Under the pieces are notes generated by a model. That model saw only the letters and a list, made by a program, of their open reading frames with translations. It was not told the origin of the DNA and ran no database searches. The position numbers and the translations under genes are program-made. A stretch of DNA of 64,000 nt from Raillietiella orientalis (lineage: Eukaryota), in assembly GCA_036172245.1 (NCBI GenBank), contig JAYWIR010000012.1, positions 4,154,001-4,218,000 on the forward strand, read 5' to 3'. Numbering within the stretch: position 1 is the first letter of the stretch; every line of letters begins with the position of its first letter. This document shows positions 39,660 to 50,844 of this stretch, piece by piece.

Positions 39660-40715
39660 GTCCTCTCCCTCCGTCCGAGTTGGGTGCCGAAAGGTCAACG
39701 TTTCCGCGACTCACCCGGAGATGGCTCCCGTGGGTACGTTTTTCGACGGCCCCCGGGAGCAACCCCAGAGCGCCTCTCCGTGCGTGGAACACTGCCGCGA
39801 GACGCGTGCGTAGCAACCGCATGCTGCATGAGAGAAAGAGTGGCGGCATGGAACGCCGAGAGAAGAGGAGAGCGAGACAGGGGCGCCACCCACAGGACGA
39901 AAATCTTCTCGAGGATCGCCGCGAAATGGGCCCATGTGGGAATCGACAAACGCCAACTTGCCAGCATCCTCCAGAGGATGAAAGCGGTGTGGAACATTTT
40001 CGTGGCTCCCTTCCTCCGCCCCCTGCTTTTTGTTTGGCTCCCTCTGGAGAGGATCGGAAAGCGGACGAAGGACCTCATCAGGATTGCCCTTTGGGGCACA
40101 AAGAGGTCCCGAGTCCGACTGAAGGACTTTTGTGCTCCACGTCGCGACGGCGGTCTCGGTCTCCTGATGCTGGAGCGAATGGAGAGTGAGCTCCAGTTCC
40201 GGATACTTGCCCTTGCATGGGAGGTGTCCCTCTCCTCGCACCCACGCATTCCCGGGTCTAGCTATGAAGGCGCGCTTCGCATGGGGTCCCCCGATGCAAG
40301 ACCGACGGTGCCAACTCCCGCCACCTGAAGGGGAGGGCGCCACTGTTCAAGCACGCTGGGGGCCACCTCACCTCCTCGGGAGGGATTCTAAGCAGCTCAC
40401 CCTAGCGCGGAAGTTTTTTCGGCGGGGTCGCAGTGTCCGTGGGACCTCCTTGTCAGGTGCCCGGCGAGGGGTTTGGTTTTTCCCCTCCACCTTGCATTTC
40501 GCCTCCCGATCCCAAAGGTGTCCTTCAAGAAGGCAACGCTGAGGCCAAGGAATACGATGGGATGAGGGGGGCTGTATTTGCACCCGTAGGTGCCGCGGCA
40601 TCCATCATCAAAGAATGCTAGAAGAATGAGGGCCGCGCAAGGGAACCACTCATCCACCAACGGAATCCCACGCCGCATGATGCTGGAGAGCGTCCCCTGC
40701 TGAGTGCTTGGAATT
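39660..40715 (+). mobile_element. L1/Tx1-like ORF2 fragments, rearranged
   Basis: ACCMRERVAAWNAERRGERDRGA...RIAAKWAHVGIDKRQLASILQRM (family C-terminus) followed by IRIALWGTKRSRVRLKDFCAPRRDGGLGLL, the typical post-RT (F/L)W....V.....C.P...GGLG motif of L1/Tx1 ORF2. Confidence 0.8.
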
Positions 40716-41205
40716 TATGCCACCCGGAGGGATTGCAATTCACTCGCCCCAGCACGGAAATCCTTCGGGTGAGGCGCTCGGGGTCGCAGCGTCCGTTGGC
40801 TCCGCGCACCCGGAGGTTCCCCTTTTTCCTTTCCGGGATGACGGCGTCCTTCGAGGTGGGCAGCACTCGGGCAAGGTGGGGGGGGGGGGACGAAGCCCGC
40901 GGCATCTTGCCCAGGTTGCCGAGGATCTCCTGCAGCCGTCCAGTGAGTGCTTCTGCCCCGCCACAGGCAGGGCTTCTGGGTCAGGAGGAAGCTCCTCAAG
41001 GAGGGCTCGTCCCAATCCGAACCGGGGATCGCCTTCGCATGGCTCCACGAGACGCGTCCTCTCCCCTGCCCAGTACCCCTCCGGGATCTCCGGCATGACG
41101 AGGTCTGGAGGTTCGAGGACGGGCGCTCCAAACCCTCCGGAGATGGGATCAGCCCTCGAAACCTTTGTCCTGCTCCCGACGCTCGGTTGCGGAGCATCCA
41201 GCAGG

Positions 41206-42080
41206 ATTGACATCCGGTCACGCCGGAGCGTTTATTTATTAAAAATAAAACTTAGACGCCAGTGGCAAGATGCATGATCCTGCCACGTTACAAAATGTAC
41301 AGAAAGAACCTTCAAAGAACCGGCCCGCAGGCCGGCAGGGTTCGCCTCGGCAACACAGGGGAAGGAGAAACAAAACAAAAAGAAAAAATAAAATAAAACA
41401 AAAAGCATACATTAAAAAAAATGGAGGGGCTTGGGAAGGGATGATCGGGTGCTGGAGGGCGTCTTGCATCCTTGTAAGTATGCCGGCAAGTTCCTCTTTC
41501 GAGGCTCCCAGATGAGGCCATCTAGACGCTGTCCTCATGAAGAGGACAGTAGAATAGATGGCGTCCCTGTCTTCCTGGCCTCCTCTTGCGTTGCTGTTCT
41601 AGGTAGTCACGAAATCGCGTAGGCAGCACAGTGCTGCTAGGGATGCTGTCGACATTAGGGCGTCTAGCAGGAAGAGGCGCTTTCAACGCTGCCGCCGGAG
41701 GTTCCAAGGGTTACTGCAAAGCGTCCCCAAAGGGGCTGGAGGGCAATACAGTCTACTAGGAGGTGTAGATTCCCGCTACCCGCACCTTGCACAGTTTGGA
41801 TGCGGCACTGGTGGAAGCCGGAAGCTCCCTATTGACCGGCGGGATTCTCCGAGGAACCTCGGAGCCGGTGGGGGCTTGCCCCTCCAGATGAACGCTGCTC
41901 TCTTCGGGGAACGCCCTTCAGAGAAATTGGGGAGCGTCCCGCCCACCGAAGGGGGCAGCGCTCTTCTTAACACTCTGGAGGTGGTAACCGCCCGCCGAGG
42001 TGCCAATCAGCTCCAAGGAACACGACGGAGGGTTCCCCCCACTCCGAGGGGGGCAGTTCCATCCCCGTCGCTCTCGTTTG
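41206..42080 (-). mobile_element. 5'-truncated L1/Tx1-like element: zinc finger, ORF2 C-terminus and 3' UTR
   Basis: Minus-strand translations PNCARCG*RES (CCHC finger) and STASLAALCCLRDFVTT*N..EDRDA...RTASRWPHLGASKEELAGILTRM, then a T-rich tract, AATAAA and a hairpin; colinear with 50180-50844. Confidence 0.8.
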
Positions 42081-42244
42081 ACCAGCTTCGCGGCGCCGAC
42101 TCGCACGAAGCGCCCTGTCAGCTCTCGGGCCGACATCTGCAGTTGACTCCGCGAACTTCCCCAACCACCGGTTGCGCCGCGCACTCGCCGCGTGCTCACC
42201 GCGCCCATTCGCGACAAGCGAAACGGAGCACTGGCGTGGCAGCC

Positions 42245-44461
42245 ATGGGTGACGGCGAACGTCTGGAGAAAGTGGCCGAAGGGAAGACGAAAGTGGTCTT
42301 CTCGCTGTGTGGAGATGCCGGCACGGTGCTCATCAGGTCGAAGGACAGGATCACGGCCGGGGACGGAAGTAGAGCGCACGACCTCGCTGGCAAGGCCAGG
42401 ATCTCCAATGAGACCAATCGCTTGGTGTTCGAGTACCTCACCAGCTTGGGTAAGAAGAGCCGAGGTGCGCCGCGAACCTGCGGGAAATCCGCCGGCGTAT
42501 CCCCCGCCCTCCCTTCCCCTCGCGCCATCTTCCCTGTCTCGCCGCATCACGGGAAGCGTACTGTTGCTGCTGCAGTGCAGCCGGCTCCATCTCTCGGCAA
42601 GCGACATCTCTCTGCCGCTGTTGTGCGCACCTGCGCCAGGTGGTGTCAGGGAGGGCATGTATGACACCTGGAAGCAGATCGTCCACGGCGAGTGCGCGCG
42701 GGAACGTCCTCCCCCTCCCCTCACCCCTTCCCTCTCCCCGCATTTAGCCTTCTCTGCGAGGCAACTTCCCGGGAGGGAGCGGGTCACCACGCCGGGTCGG
42801 ATCGCGGCTTCTCGCCGCCGCCGAGACACCCGCGGCCGCTAGCCGTTCATATCCGATTTCTTGGGGATGCGCGCGCTCCGTGCGGGGGCGACCTTATGCC
42901 CAAAGAAGGACATCGAAACAGCCACGACAAGGCCGCAGTCTCACTGCCGGTTTTCACTCCTTCGGCCCCCCTTCCCTTCCGAAATGGGGGAAAACTTCGC
43001 CGCCGTCGCGACGACCTCAAATGGCACGTTTGCCGGATGTTTCCCTTTTCTCCCATCGCGCGCCAAGGAATGGAGACCCACTTCATCAGGCAGCACAGCG
43101 AAGACAGCTTCGTGTCGCGGCACTGCGACATGGTGCCGCTGGAATGGGTGACTCGTCGCATCGCAACCGGATCCTTCATCCGGCGGTACCCCGAAGTGCC
43201 GGAAGGGTTTCGCTTCGTTCCCGTGAAGCAGGAAATATTCTTCAAGGTAACTCCCTCCCCAGCCTCCCTCGCAGTGCTCCCTCCTCCGTCTCCCCTCGAG
43301 AGCAAAAAACGGAACTGGGGATCTTCTCTCCCCCTGTTAGGATGACCAGAAACACGACCCCCTCTGGATCGAGGAGCAGGTGCTGGCCGCGAAGCTGGTG
43401 GTGGGGAAGCAGGTCATCGGGAAGAAGCAGATTCGCCACATGTCCTACTTGAGCCGCGTGATCTTCGAGGTGCTGGAGAAGGCCTGGCTCCACCTGGACT
43501 GCGCCCTCGTCGACATGAAGGTGGAATTCGGGGTTGACAGAGAATCAGGTGGGATGGGGAAGGTGACACATCCCCCCCGCGTCCCCTTCCTCGCTTCCGT
43601 CTGTCTATCCGGATGACCGGGTTTCGCCTCGCAGGCACCATCTTGCTTGCGGATGTGATCGACAACGATTCCTGGAGGATATGGCCCTACGGCGACAAAA
43701 CGCAGATGAAGGACAAGCAGGTGTACCGCAACCTGCGAGAGGTCACCGCCGCAGACTTGGAAAAAGTGAAGCTGAACTTCGAGTGGATCAACGACCGTCT
43801 CGCGCACATCAAAGCGCGCGATCCAGGGAAGGTAAAAGGGGACATCTTCGCTGGCCAGCGTTCGCAATCGGCCCTCCGGCAAGATCGTCATTGTGATGGG
43901 GTCCGACAAGGACATCAAGGTGGCCGACGAGATCACGAAGCAAGCCCGCAAACTGGACATCTGCTGCGATAAGAGGATCTGTTCTGCGCACAAATCTACT
44001 GCGGAAGTACTTGAGATGTTATCGGAATACGCAGGTGAGCAGATCGGCAGGCGAGGTGAACCGTGGCCACGGTTAGGATGCAGCGACTAACGCTGCCACC
44101 GTTTTCGTCGCCATCGCGGGAGGAAGCAACGGTTTGGGTCCGGTTTTGGAAGCAAACACTTCTTCCCCGGTCATCAACTGCCCACCACAGGAATCGTCCT
44201 GGGCTTCCCAAGACATATGGTCGTCCCTCCGAACACCGTCAGGTCTGGGTCCGGACCGCTGCCAATTCTCTTGAGCAGTTTGCTCGTTTCCTAGGGTTGG
44301 GGTGTAGCACCGTGATGACTCCAGAAGCAGCAGTGATTCACGCCGCGAAAATTTTTGCAACGCACAATCACACGATGTGGTCACGCATCAAGATTTTGCA
44401 GGCAAATAATTATCTGAGCATCCTCGCAAAGGATGAGCAGCAGCCACGCGATGTAAAATAG
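42245..44461 (+). CDS. PAICS: Bifunctional SAICAR synthetase / AIR carboxylase (ADE2-type)
   Basis: Exons 42245-42449, 43068-43246, 43341-43548, 43635-43831, 43884-44034, 44084-44242, 44295-44461. [94 protein letters not shown]. Confidence 0.97.
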
Positions 44462-44812
44462 GACAGTCTTCCGAAGTGATCATGGTGATGATGCTGGACT
44501 TGGTGGGAATAAAACCACTGAAAGCAATTTTGTTACGTGATCATCATCAGCACAATACGACTTCATTCGCCTGCTGCATCCATAGCTTCGAGGTAATGCA
44601 CAGAATCAGTGTGAACATTTATCACGTCTTGCCAGTTCCGTTTTTGCGCAGGCCTTGCGCGGTGGCCCCCTAATTTCGCGTCTATGCATGTAAACTTGGG
44701 GAATAGGTCACGTGGTCACGATGCGGGCGAATGCTGAAAATGTGGGGGCTATCCCCAGACGTCCGCGTGGAAGGCCGCTTTGCAACTGCCTTATCAGCAG
44801 ATTAACTAGAAG

Positions 44813-44898
44813 CAGGGCCGGCACGAGAGTGTCTGGCACCCCTTGGCAAAAGAAACTTTGGCACCCCTGGGCAATGCCTATATTTGCCTAATGGTAAA
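44813..44898. mobile_element. Possible short MITE remnant
   Basis: Starts CAGGGCCGG, has an internal duplicated TGGCACCCCT..GGCAA and ends TTGCCTAATGGTAAA, resembling common invertebrate CAGGG-ended MITEs. No matching right TIR or TSD found. Confidence 0.3.
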
Positions 44899-47324
44899 GA
44901 CTATAAGCAGAGTAGCGCGGCCGATAGCCCGAGAAATTATTTTATAAGCTAACTTCATTCAGATTGACTAATGAGAAATTCCCTCCATCAAAAGTGGAGG
45001 TTTGAGTGTTCGCATGGGTGGGAAATGACGGCTCAGCAATAATCCAGTTTCAAGATACAGAGTTTTCACGATTCTCAACCACGTGTTCACAGGAGCATTC
45101 TTAAGTCTCCAAAAAGCAAAAAAACTTTGCATTTTCGGAGTGTCTCCGTTTGAAAAATGTACTCATTAGTAAGCTTGTGCACCGTCTACGGCATCGTATT
45201 GGATATCAACGCATCCGGTATCCCTGTTTCGTAGGCCTTGCGGAACATCTTCATGATGGTCTCACCTATTCGTTTTTCTTCGAATCCAGAAAGACAGCAG
45301 TCTTCTAGTTCGAACCGCAGTCTCTTTCATTCCTCCACGAAATAATTTACTGGCTTTACGAAAGAAAGTGGTCATTGCTCCTGTGGCACAAATGGGATGC
45401 AGCATCCTTTTACTCTGTGCACCTAATGCACGTGATAACTACAACACATCCATAGAGTTATTGCATTGTGTAACATCACAGACCGCTTTGAATTTTGCAT
45501 TGGAGCCCACTGATTTATGCTTCCCACCTGACATTTTCGCGTGTAACAAAAGATCATTAAAAAGAATTCTGCATATCCATTGCGTGTCGGATGTCACGTA
45601 GAAGCACACATCATCGTAGTGCTTGGTATGTGTGTGTGTGTGTTTTTTTTTTTTTTTTGGGGGGGGGGGGACAACCAAAAGACAAGGTTGAACTTTTTCT
45701 TGAAGCACAGCAAGACGCATTTTGAGAAACGTCTCGCCTCTTCCTCCCTGAGAAAATTCGAAAATCTTCGTCTGGACAGACGCACGCTGAAGACGCATCC
45801 TGTTGCCCTATGAGCCTAGGACGAAAGTTTCGAAATTAATTTGGCAATTAATAGCTGAAAAAGCTCCCAGCGTATCCTGCTTGTGGTGAGCAGATGGATG
45901 GATGAGGAACCACCAGCAAGGTTGGAGCCGACTGCATTTGCAAACTTCAGCGTGCGCAGTCTCTTTCCCATAAATTGTCAAAGTGGCTGCGTGTGTTTCC
46001 ATACGTTAGGTCCACTTCACTCCTTCGCTAATCTCGGTAGTGTTCGAGGATCGTGTTCTCTTCCGCCCACATCCATCGGTCTTCCATGGAACTCTGGTAG
46101 GAAAGTATCAGAATCCTTCTCCAGCAAATTTTCCGAGAACCCACATGCTCTTTGCGCGGGAGCTCCGCTAGTCGTTGTACAGAAACGAACCGCTCCAGGC
46201 GAACTTCTGATCCACTTCTGATTGCATTGACGGAACCACAGCCATGTGGTTTGCCGATTCTCCTCGCGATCGTCGTGAAAAACATCTCGCAGCGTTCTTC
46301 CTTCAGGGATCGAAATTTCACAAATTCACGTGCAGCCACAGCACCGAACGTAGGTCCCTGCTCTGTCAGTCAGCCGTGGCAACGAGTACCTCTTTCATCG
46401 TGTGTACAATCTCATTTAGCTACATGCAATGTGAACTTGGTCTCGAAAATTAGGAGTCAGCTTGTTGGTTCGAATCCCGAGGTTCACGCAATACGATTCG
46501 ATTACTCTGGATGAAAGTTTTCAGATCCTCAGGCGTAGGTTCGGTGCAACCGGGGTTATCTTGGGGTCCCCCCCTTTTCGACCACGCGTAGGTTGCCCGG
46601 TTCGGGGCCCCACAAGTCTTGCTGGTTTTCCTTTTGCTGGCGGAAGTTTTGTTGGATTCTAATTACAAAGTCCTACGTATCGACACGGTGGGTTGCGGCT
46701 GCAGCGAATTCCGATTATGCAAGGATGACGTCTGCCGGAGACGCAGTTTAATCTCACAAAAACTCGAAACCTGGGGTCTCCGGAACTAGAAACATGCTAA
46801 CGACATCTCAGGCCCAAGATAAACTGGAGGAGAACTTCAGTGTTTACTCAAGTTTATATCCGTGGATAGGTTTCCTACTTACTGGAAGAGTATAAGTTGT
46901 GTTTCTCTTTTACTGTCGCCCAAAACAAGTTTGTAGTTGGCCATGGTGTAGTAGTATACACAGTGTAACTACAAACTTGTTTTATACTTTTGTATTTCCA
47001 AACCTTTGGTCATGCAATCAGAAAATGCATGACAGGGTCAAAATTTAAGAAGGCCTCGACAGATAGATAACACTTCTTCTAAAGATCTTTATTGATGATA
47101 AAATTAACTGGAATATGAATTTATTTCAGTTTACTGGGTCGATGTTCCAATCTCATCAGTATGAACAAGTATTATCATGGCAAGCTTTCTTTTCCTGATC
47201 CCCAAGTTTGGTGTTACTGTATTTTTTTTTCCTTTTTTGATAGTATGATACTTCTGAAAAGTCTGGAGTCATAGGCATTATTTGTTGACATCAAAATTTT
47301 TGTTCAGAAACTTTCTTTCAATGA

Positions 47325-49319
47325 TTATCTGAAAAAATTTGGTAATCCGAAGTTGGTTTTCCGAAGTCCACTTTTTAAACAAATGAAAGCCAATGTTAAC
47401 AAAGCTATAATGTATGAAAAAATTACGGTCATTTCAGTTGGCAATAAGCACTTGTTGATGGCATAACTATTGGGGCTGATTTTGACCTAAACAAAAAAAA
47501 TTAGCATATCACTTCACGTGAAAACATTTACGCACTAGAAGAAAGCTGGGATCATTGCGATTTCTCCAGCTGAAAGATGGAACACTAACTTCAAGAACAC
47601 TCCTGCGATGGAAATATCGACATCCATTGTGGGTGTGGCCACTTAAAATCAAGTGGGGTTGTAGATGATCTAACAACTGCAGAAAATCAAAACTTTCATG
47701 ATAGACTTAAATGCTAAACTTACCCACTTCGATGCAGATGCTTGTAAACAATCCCAACCAGGCTGGAAAGCAATGTGCTTTTTGGATTCTACCTCAGAAT
47801 CACTTTCATTGCAAAGTGAATCCGATGGTCTATGTAAAGGAAAATGCTACCCCCAAGAAAGTAAATAAAAGAAGAACTTTTGAACATACCTGCAACAAGA
47901 TAGGAGTACTGTATGGAGCTTGAATCCAATCTGATGCTGAAACTGACTTACAAGCAACTTGTTTTCCTTTCCAACAATTTAAAACCATTTCAAAATACTT
48001 AAGCTTATCTTCAGCATCTTTACAAACTGAACAACCATCTCTCTCTAAAGCCATGCTATTCAGTGTAATAAAAACATTATTTTTTATGAGCAATAAGTTG
48101 ACTGAAGAAATATTGAATGCACTTTCAAATCGTTTCAGTAAATAGGTATTCATCCTGCAATGCTTGTGAAATGCAATAAATTGCACCTAATGCCATCCTT
48201 ACCTATTGTGAAAACCCACATCATGATTTCCTGGAACCACATGCAACTTGGTATTGGAGGTCAAGGTGAATAGTTTATGAAACCGATCTACATAGTCTTG
48301 AAACTCTGCCTTGGAGCACCACTGACCTTCATCAAATACATCACCTAATCAAAATACCTTTAATTCATAGTGACTGTATTACTAATGTCAAGCTTGACAA
48401 ATGAATTCTTAACCCAAAAAACCCTAACAATTCTCAGCACATGAAATGGTTGAAGATGTAACCTAACTACTTCCAAAGACCTCATGCCAACAACATGGTG
48501 AAGATTTGTATTGAGCTTCAATTGCAGATGTAAAAAGAAGGGAGAAAAAAAGGCCATTTTCAGATCACCTTGCTTTCATTTGGATTATTTAAGACCGTAC
48601 TTTACCCAGTATAAACACAATTTCAGGACTGAATTTGGTTACAGCAACTTGAAATGCTCTATGCATTTGCCATTCTCTGAAAAGCAGACTTATGTTGTAT
48701 GTACAAGCTATGTAAGGATTCAACGTAATTATTATAAAGTTGGCAAGTCAAAAAATCCAAGCTTCGTTACACATTCAAAGGCCTTTAAAAGCTAAACATT
48801 CTAGCCATACAAAATTACTACCTTCTCAGCTTGTCGAGCCAGTGCCCTCTACGAGGGCCTAAAAGGTGGGTATCTGCAAGAACCATGATTTTGTTCTCAT
48901 TTTGCTCCGGATTCTGGATATTATGGTTATCCGGGGGCCATGCACACTTGAAGAAATGCACGTTAGCGTTTCATCTGCTTTTGCCAACCAGTACTCGGAA
49001 ACATTTAAAACGGTCAATATTATTTCGTCATCTTTCAAAATTAACTTCAAGTGAATGTCATCCGATCGTGGTTTTGCTTGTATTTTTTGAACAAAGCGAA
49101 AGACGGAATGGTGAGTCAACTAGGATCCACGGTTGAGTTTACCTGTGACAAAACTGCATCATAAATCAGAAATTCGCAGCAAATAAATACTAATGATAAA
49201 TAACATAGCACGAACGAGAAGCTGCCAATTTTGAACTCGAATAACTTGATTATTCTCAGCACGGTTCTCACGCTCCAGGAATACGAAACCTGCTTCCTGG
49301 ACCTCAGCAAATACAGCAT
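47325..49319 (-). CDS. MPPE1: Metallophosphoesterase 1 (PGAP5, GPI-anchor remodelling)
   Basis: Exons 49319-49143, 48946-48822, 48676-48606, 48344-48203, 48154-47890, 47846-47724, 47676-47536, 47486-47325. [63 protein letters not shown], and a C-terminal TM segment. Confidence 0.96.
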
Positions 49320-49429
49320 CGTTTACTTGCATTGCACGAGACGAGCACTCCCTTCCATCGTTCTTCGCCGAGCTGAACTTCGCCGCCCCGACACCGAGCA
49401 GCTGGCCACCCACATGGAGGAGGAGGAGC

Positions 49430-50844
49430 AGGTGGGGTGAGACCCCCGCCCCCCCCCCATGCGTCCCTGCTGACGAAACAACCCCCGTGGAGGAGGGGGA
49501 ACAGGTGCTCGACGCGCCTCCCCCTCCTTGCGTCCCGCCCGATCAGGTGGTTGCAGGAGCTGCCGCGCCACTTTCCCAGGAATAACACCTGGGCTCGCCT
49601 GCCACCGTCGGATCCGCGTGGCTTTCTGGAACGCCAACGGGCCTGCTAGACGACGGCAACAGACGGGATACGGCCGACACCCTGCGCGACTTCGACCTGG
49701 CGCTCCTGCAGGGGATCCACGTGATCACCGCGGCAGACGTCCAGGAGATCGATAGGATCGCAGGGGGACGGCTGCGGTGGCTCCCGCAACACCTGTGGGG
49801 TCGAGTTCTTTGTGAAGCCGCTGCCCTGAAGAGCGTGCGCTTCGACAAGGATGGTCGGGTCGGCCAGCTGATCCTCAGGTGGTCCGACTTGATCGACCTC
49901 GTTACAAACGTGTACGCCCCCAGCGGCAGAAACAGGGACGGAGTACAGGTCCGGCAGGAGACGACGAGGTGGCAGGCCTCCTGCCGGATCGGAGACAGAG
50001 AAAAGTCGATGAGTAGTTGGACCATGGGACAACTGGCGGATGCCATGATCCCAAGTGTCCTCCAGCGAGGACTACGGAGATGGGGCGAGCTGCTCGGCAT
50101 CCCGACGGATGACCTGGAGTGGCCCCCAGTGTTCAAAGACTCAAGCATCCTCCCCCTGAAGTGACAGGAGTCGGAGCTTCTGGTATTGCGCTGGGGTCTC
50201 CCCTGCAACGCGCGCTGCCACCACTGGACGTTAGGGAACGTGGGACAGAACTGCGCAGTGTGCGGGGAGAAGGAATCCCTCCCCCACCTGTTAGTGGACT
50301 GCTCTGCCCTCCGGCCTTTGTGGGAACGTCTTGCTACGATCCTCCGGATGCCGGTCGGAGTCGCACAACGTCTCCCCCCAGAGACGTTGTGCGACTCCTC
50401 TTCGTGCGAGACACCCTGCAACCAGTCTCAACCCTGGCAGCGCTCTGCTGCCTCCGAGGGATCATGACTGCGTGGAGCGCAGCCAACAGAGGAAGCAGCG
50501 ATAGGGACCCCATCGTACACGCGGGTCGCTACCTGCGAATCACGATCGGCGGGTTCCATCTGGAAGCTATGCAGAGGGACCTCGAGGACATCCTGGAAAG
50601 GATGGTCTCTTCCTCCAGAGGGCTGTGATCCCTTCCCGGCCCCCCAAATAGTTTCTTTTTTTTTATTTTCTGTTTTATTTTTCTTTTTGTTTTACCCCCT
50701 ATCCCCCTTCGCTGCCCAGGAGAGTCAAGCCTGTCTGCGAACCGGCTTCCTGGCAGGTCCCGTGATGTATTGGCCGTGGTGGGGCCTAGTACCGCAAATG
50801 TAAGGTGTTTATTATTAAACGCCCCGGCGTGACCGGGTGGCAAT
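49430..50844 (+). mobile_element. Internally deleted L1/Tx1-like element (ORF1 tail, APE N-terminus, zinc finger, 3' UTR; RT missing)
   Basis: IRVAFWNANGL, DLALLQGIH, DKDGR, VTNVYAP (APE motifs, 49600-49925), then NCAVCGEKESLPHLLVDC (CCHC finger), LAALCCLRGIMTAW, stop at 50628, T-rich tract and ATTAAA at 50814. Contains a stop and frameshifts; 5' boundary approximate. Confidence 0.87.

Noticed and set aside
47830..48186. ORF first considered a transposase fragment
   Set aside because: It is MPPE1 exon 5 plus flanking intron.
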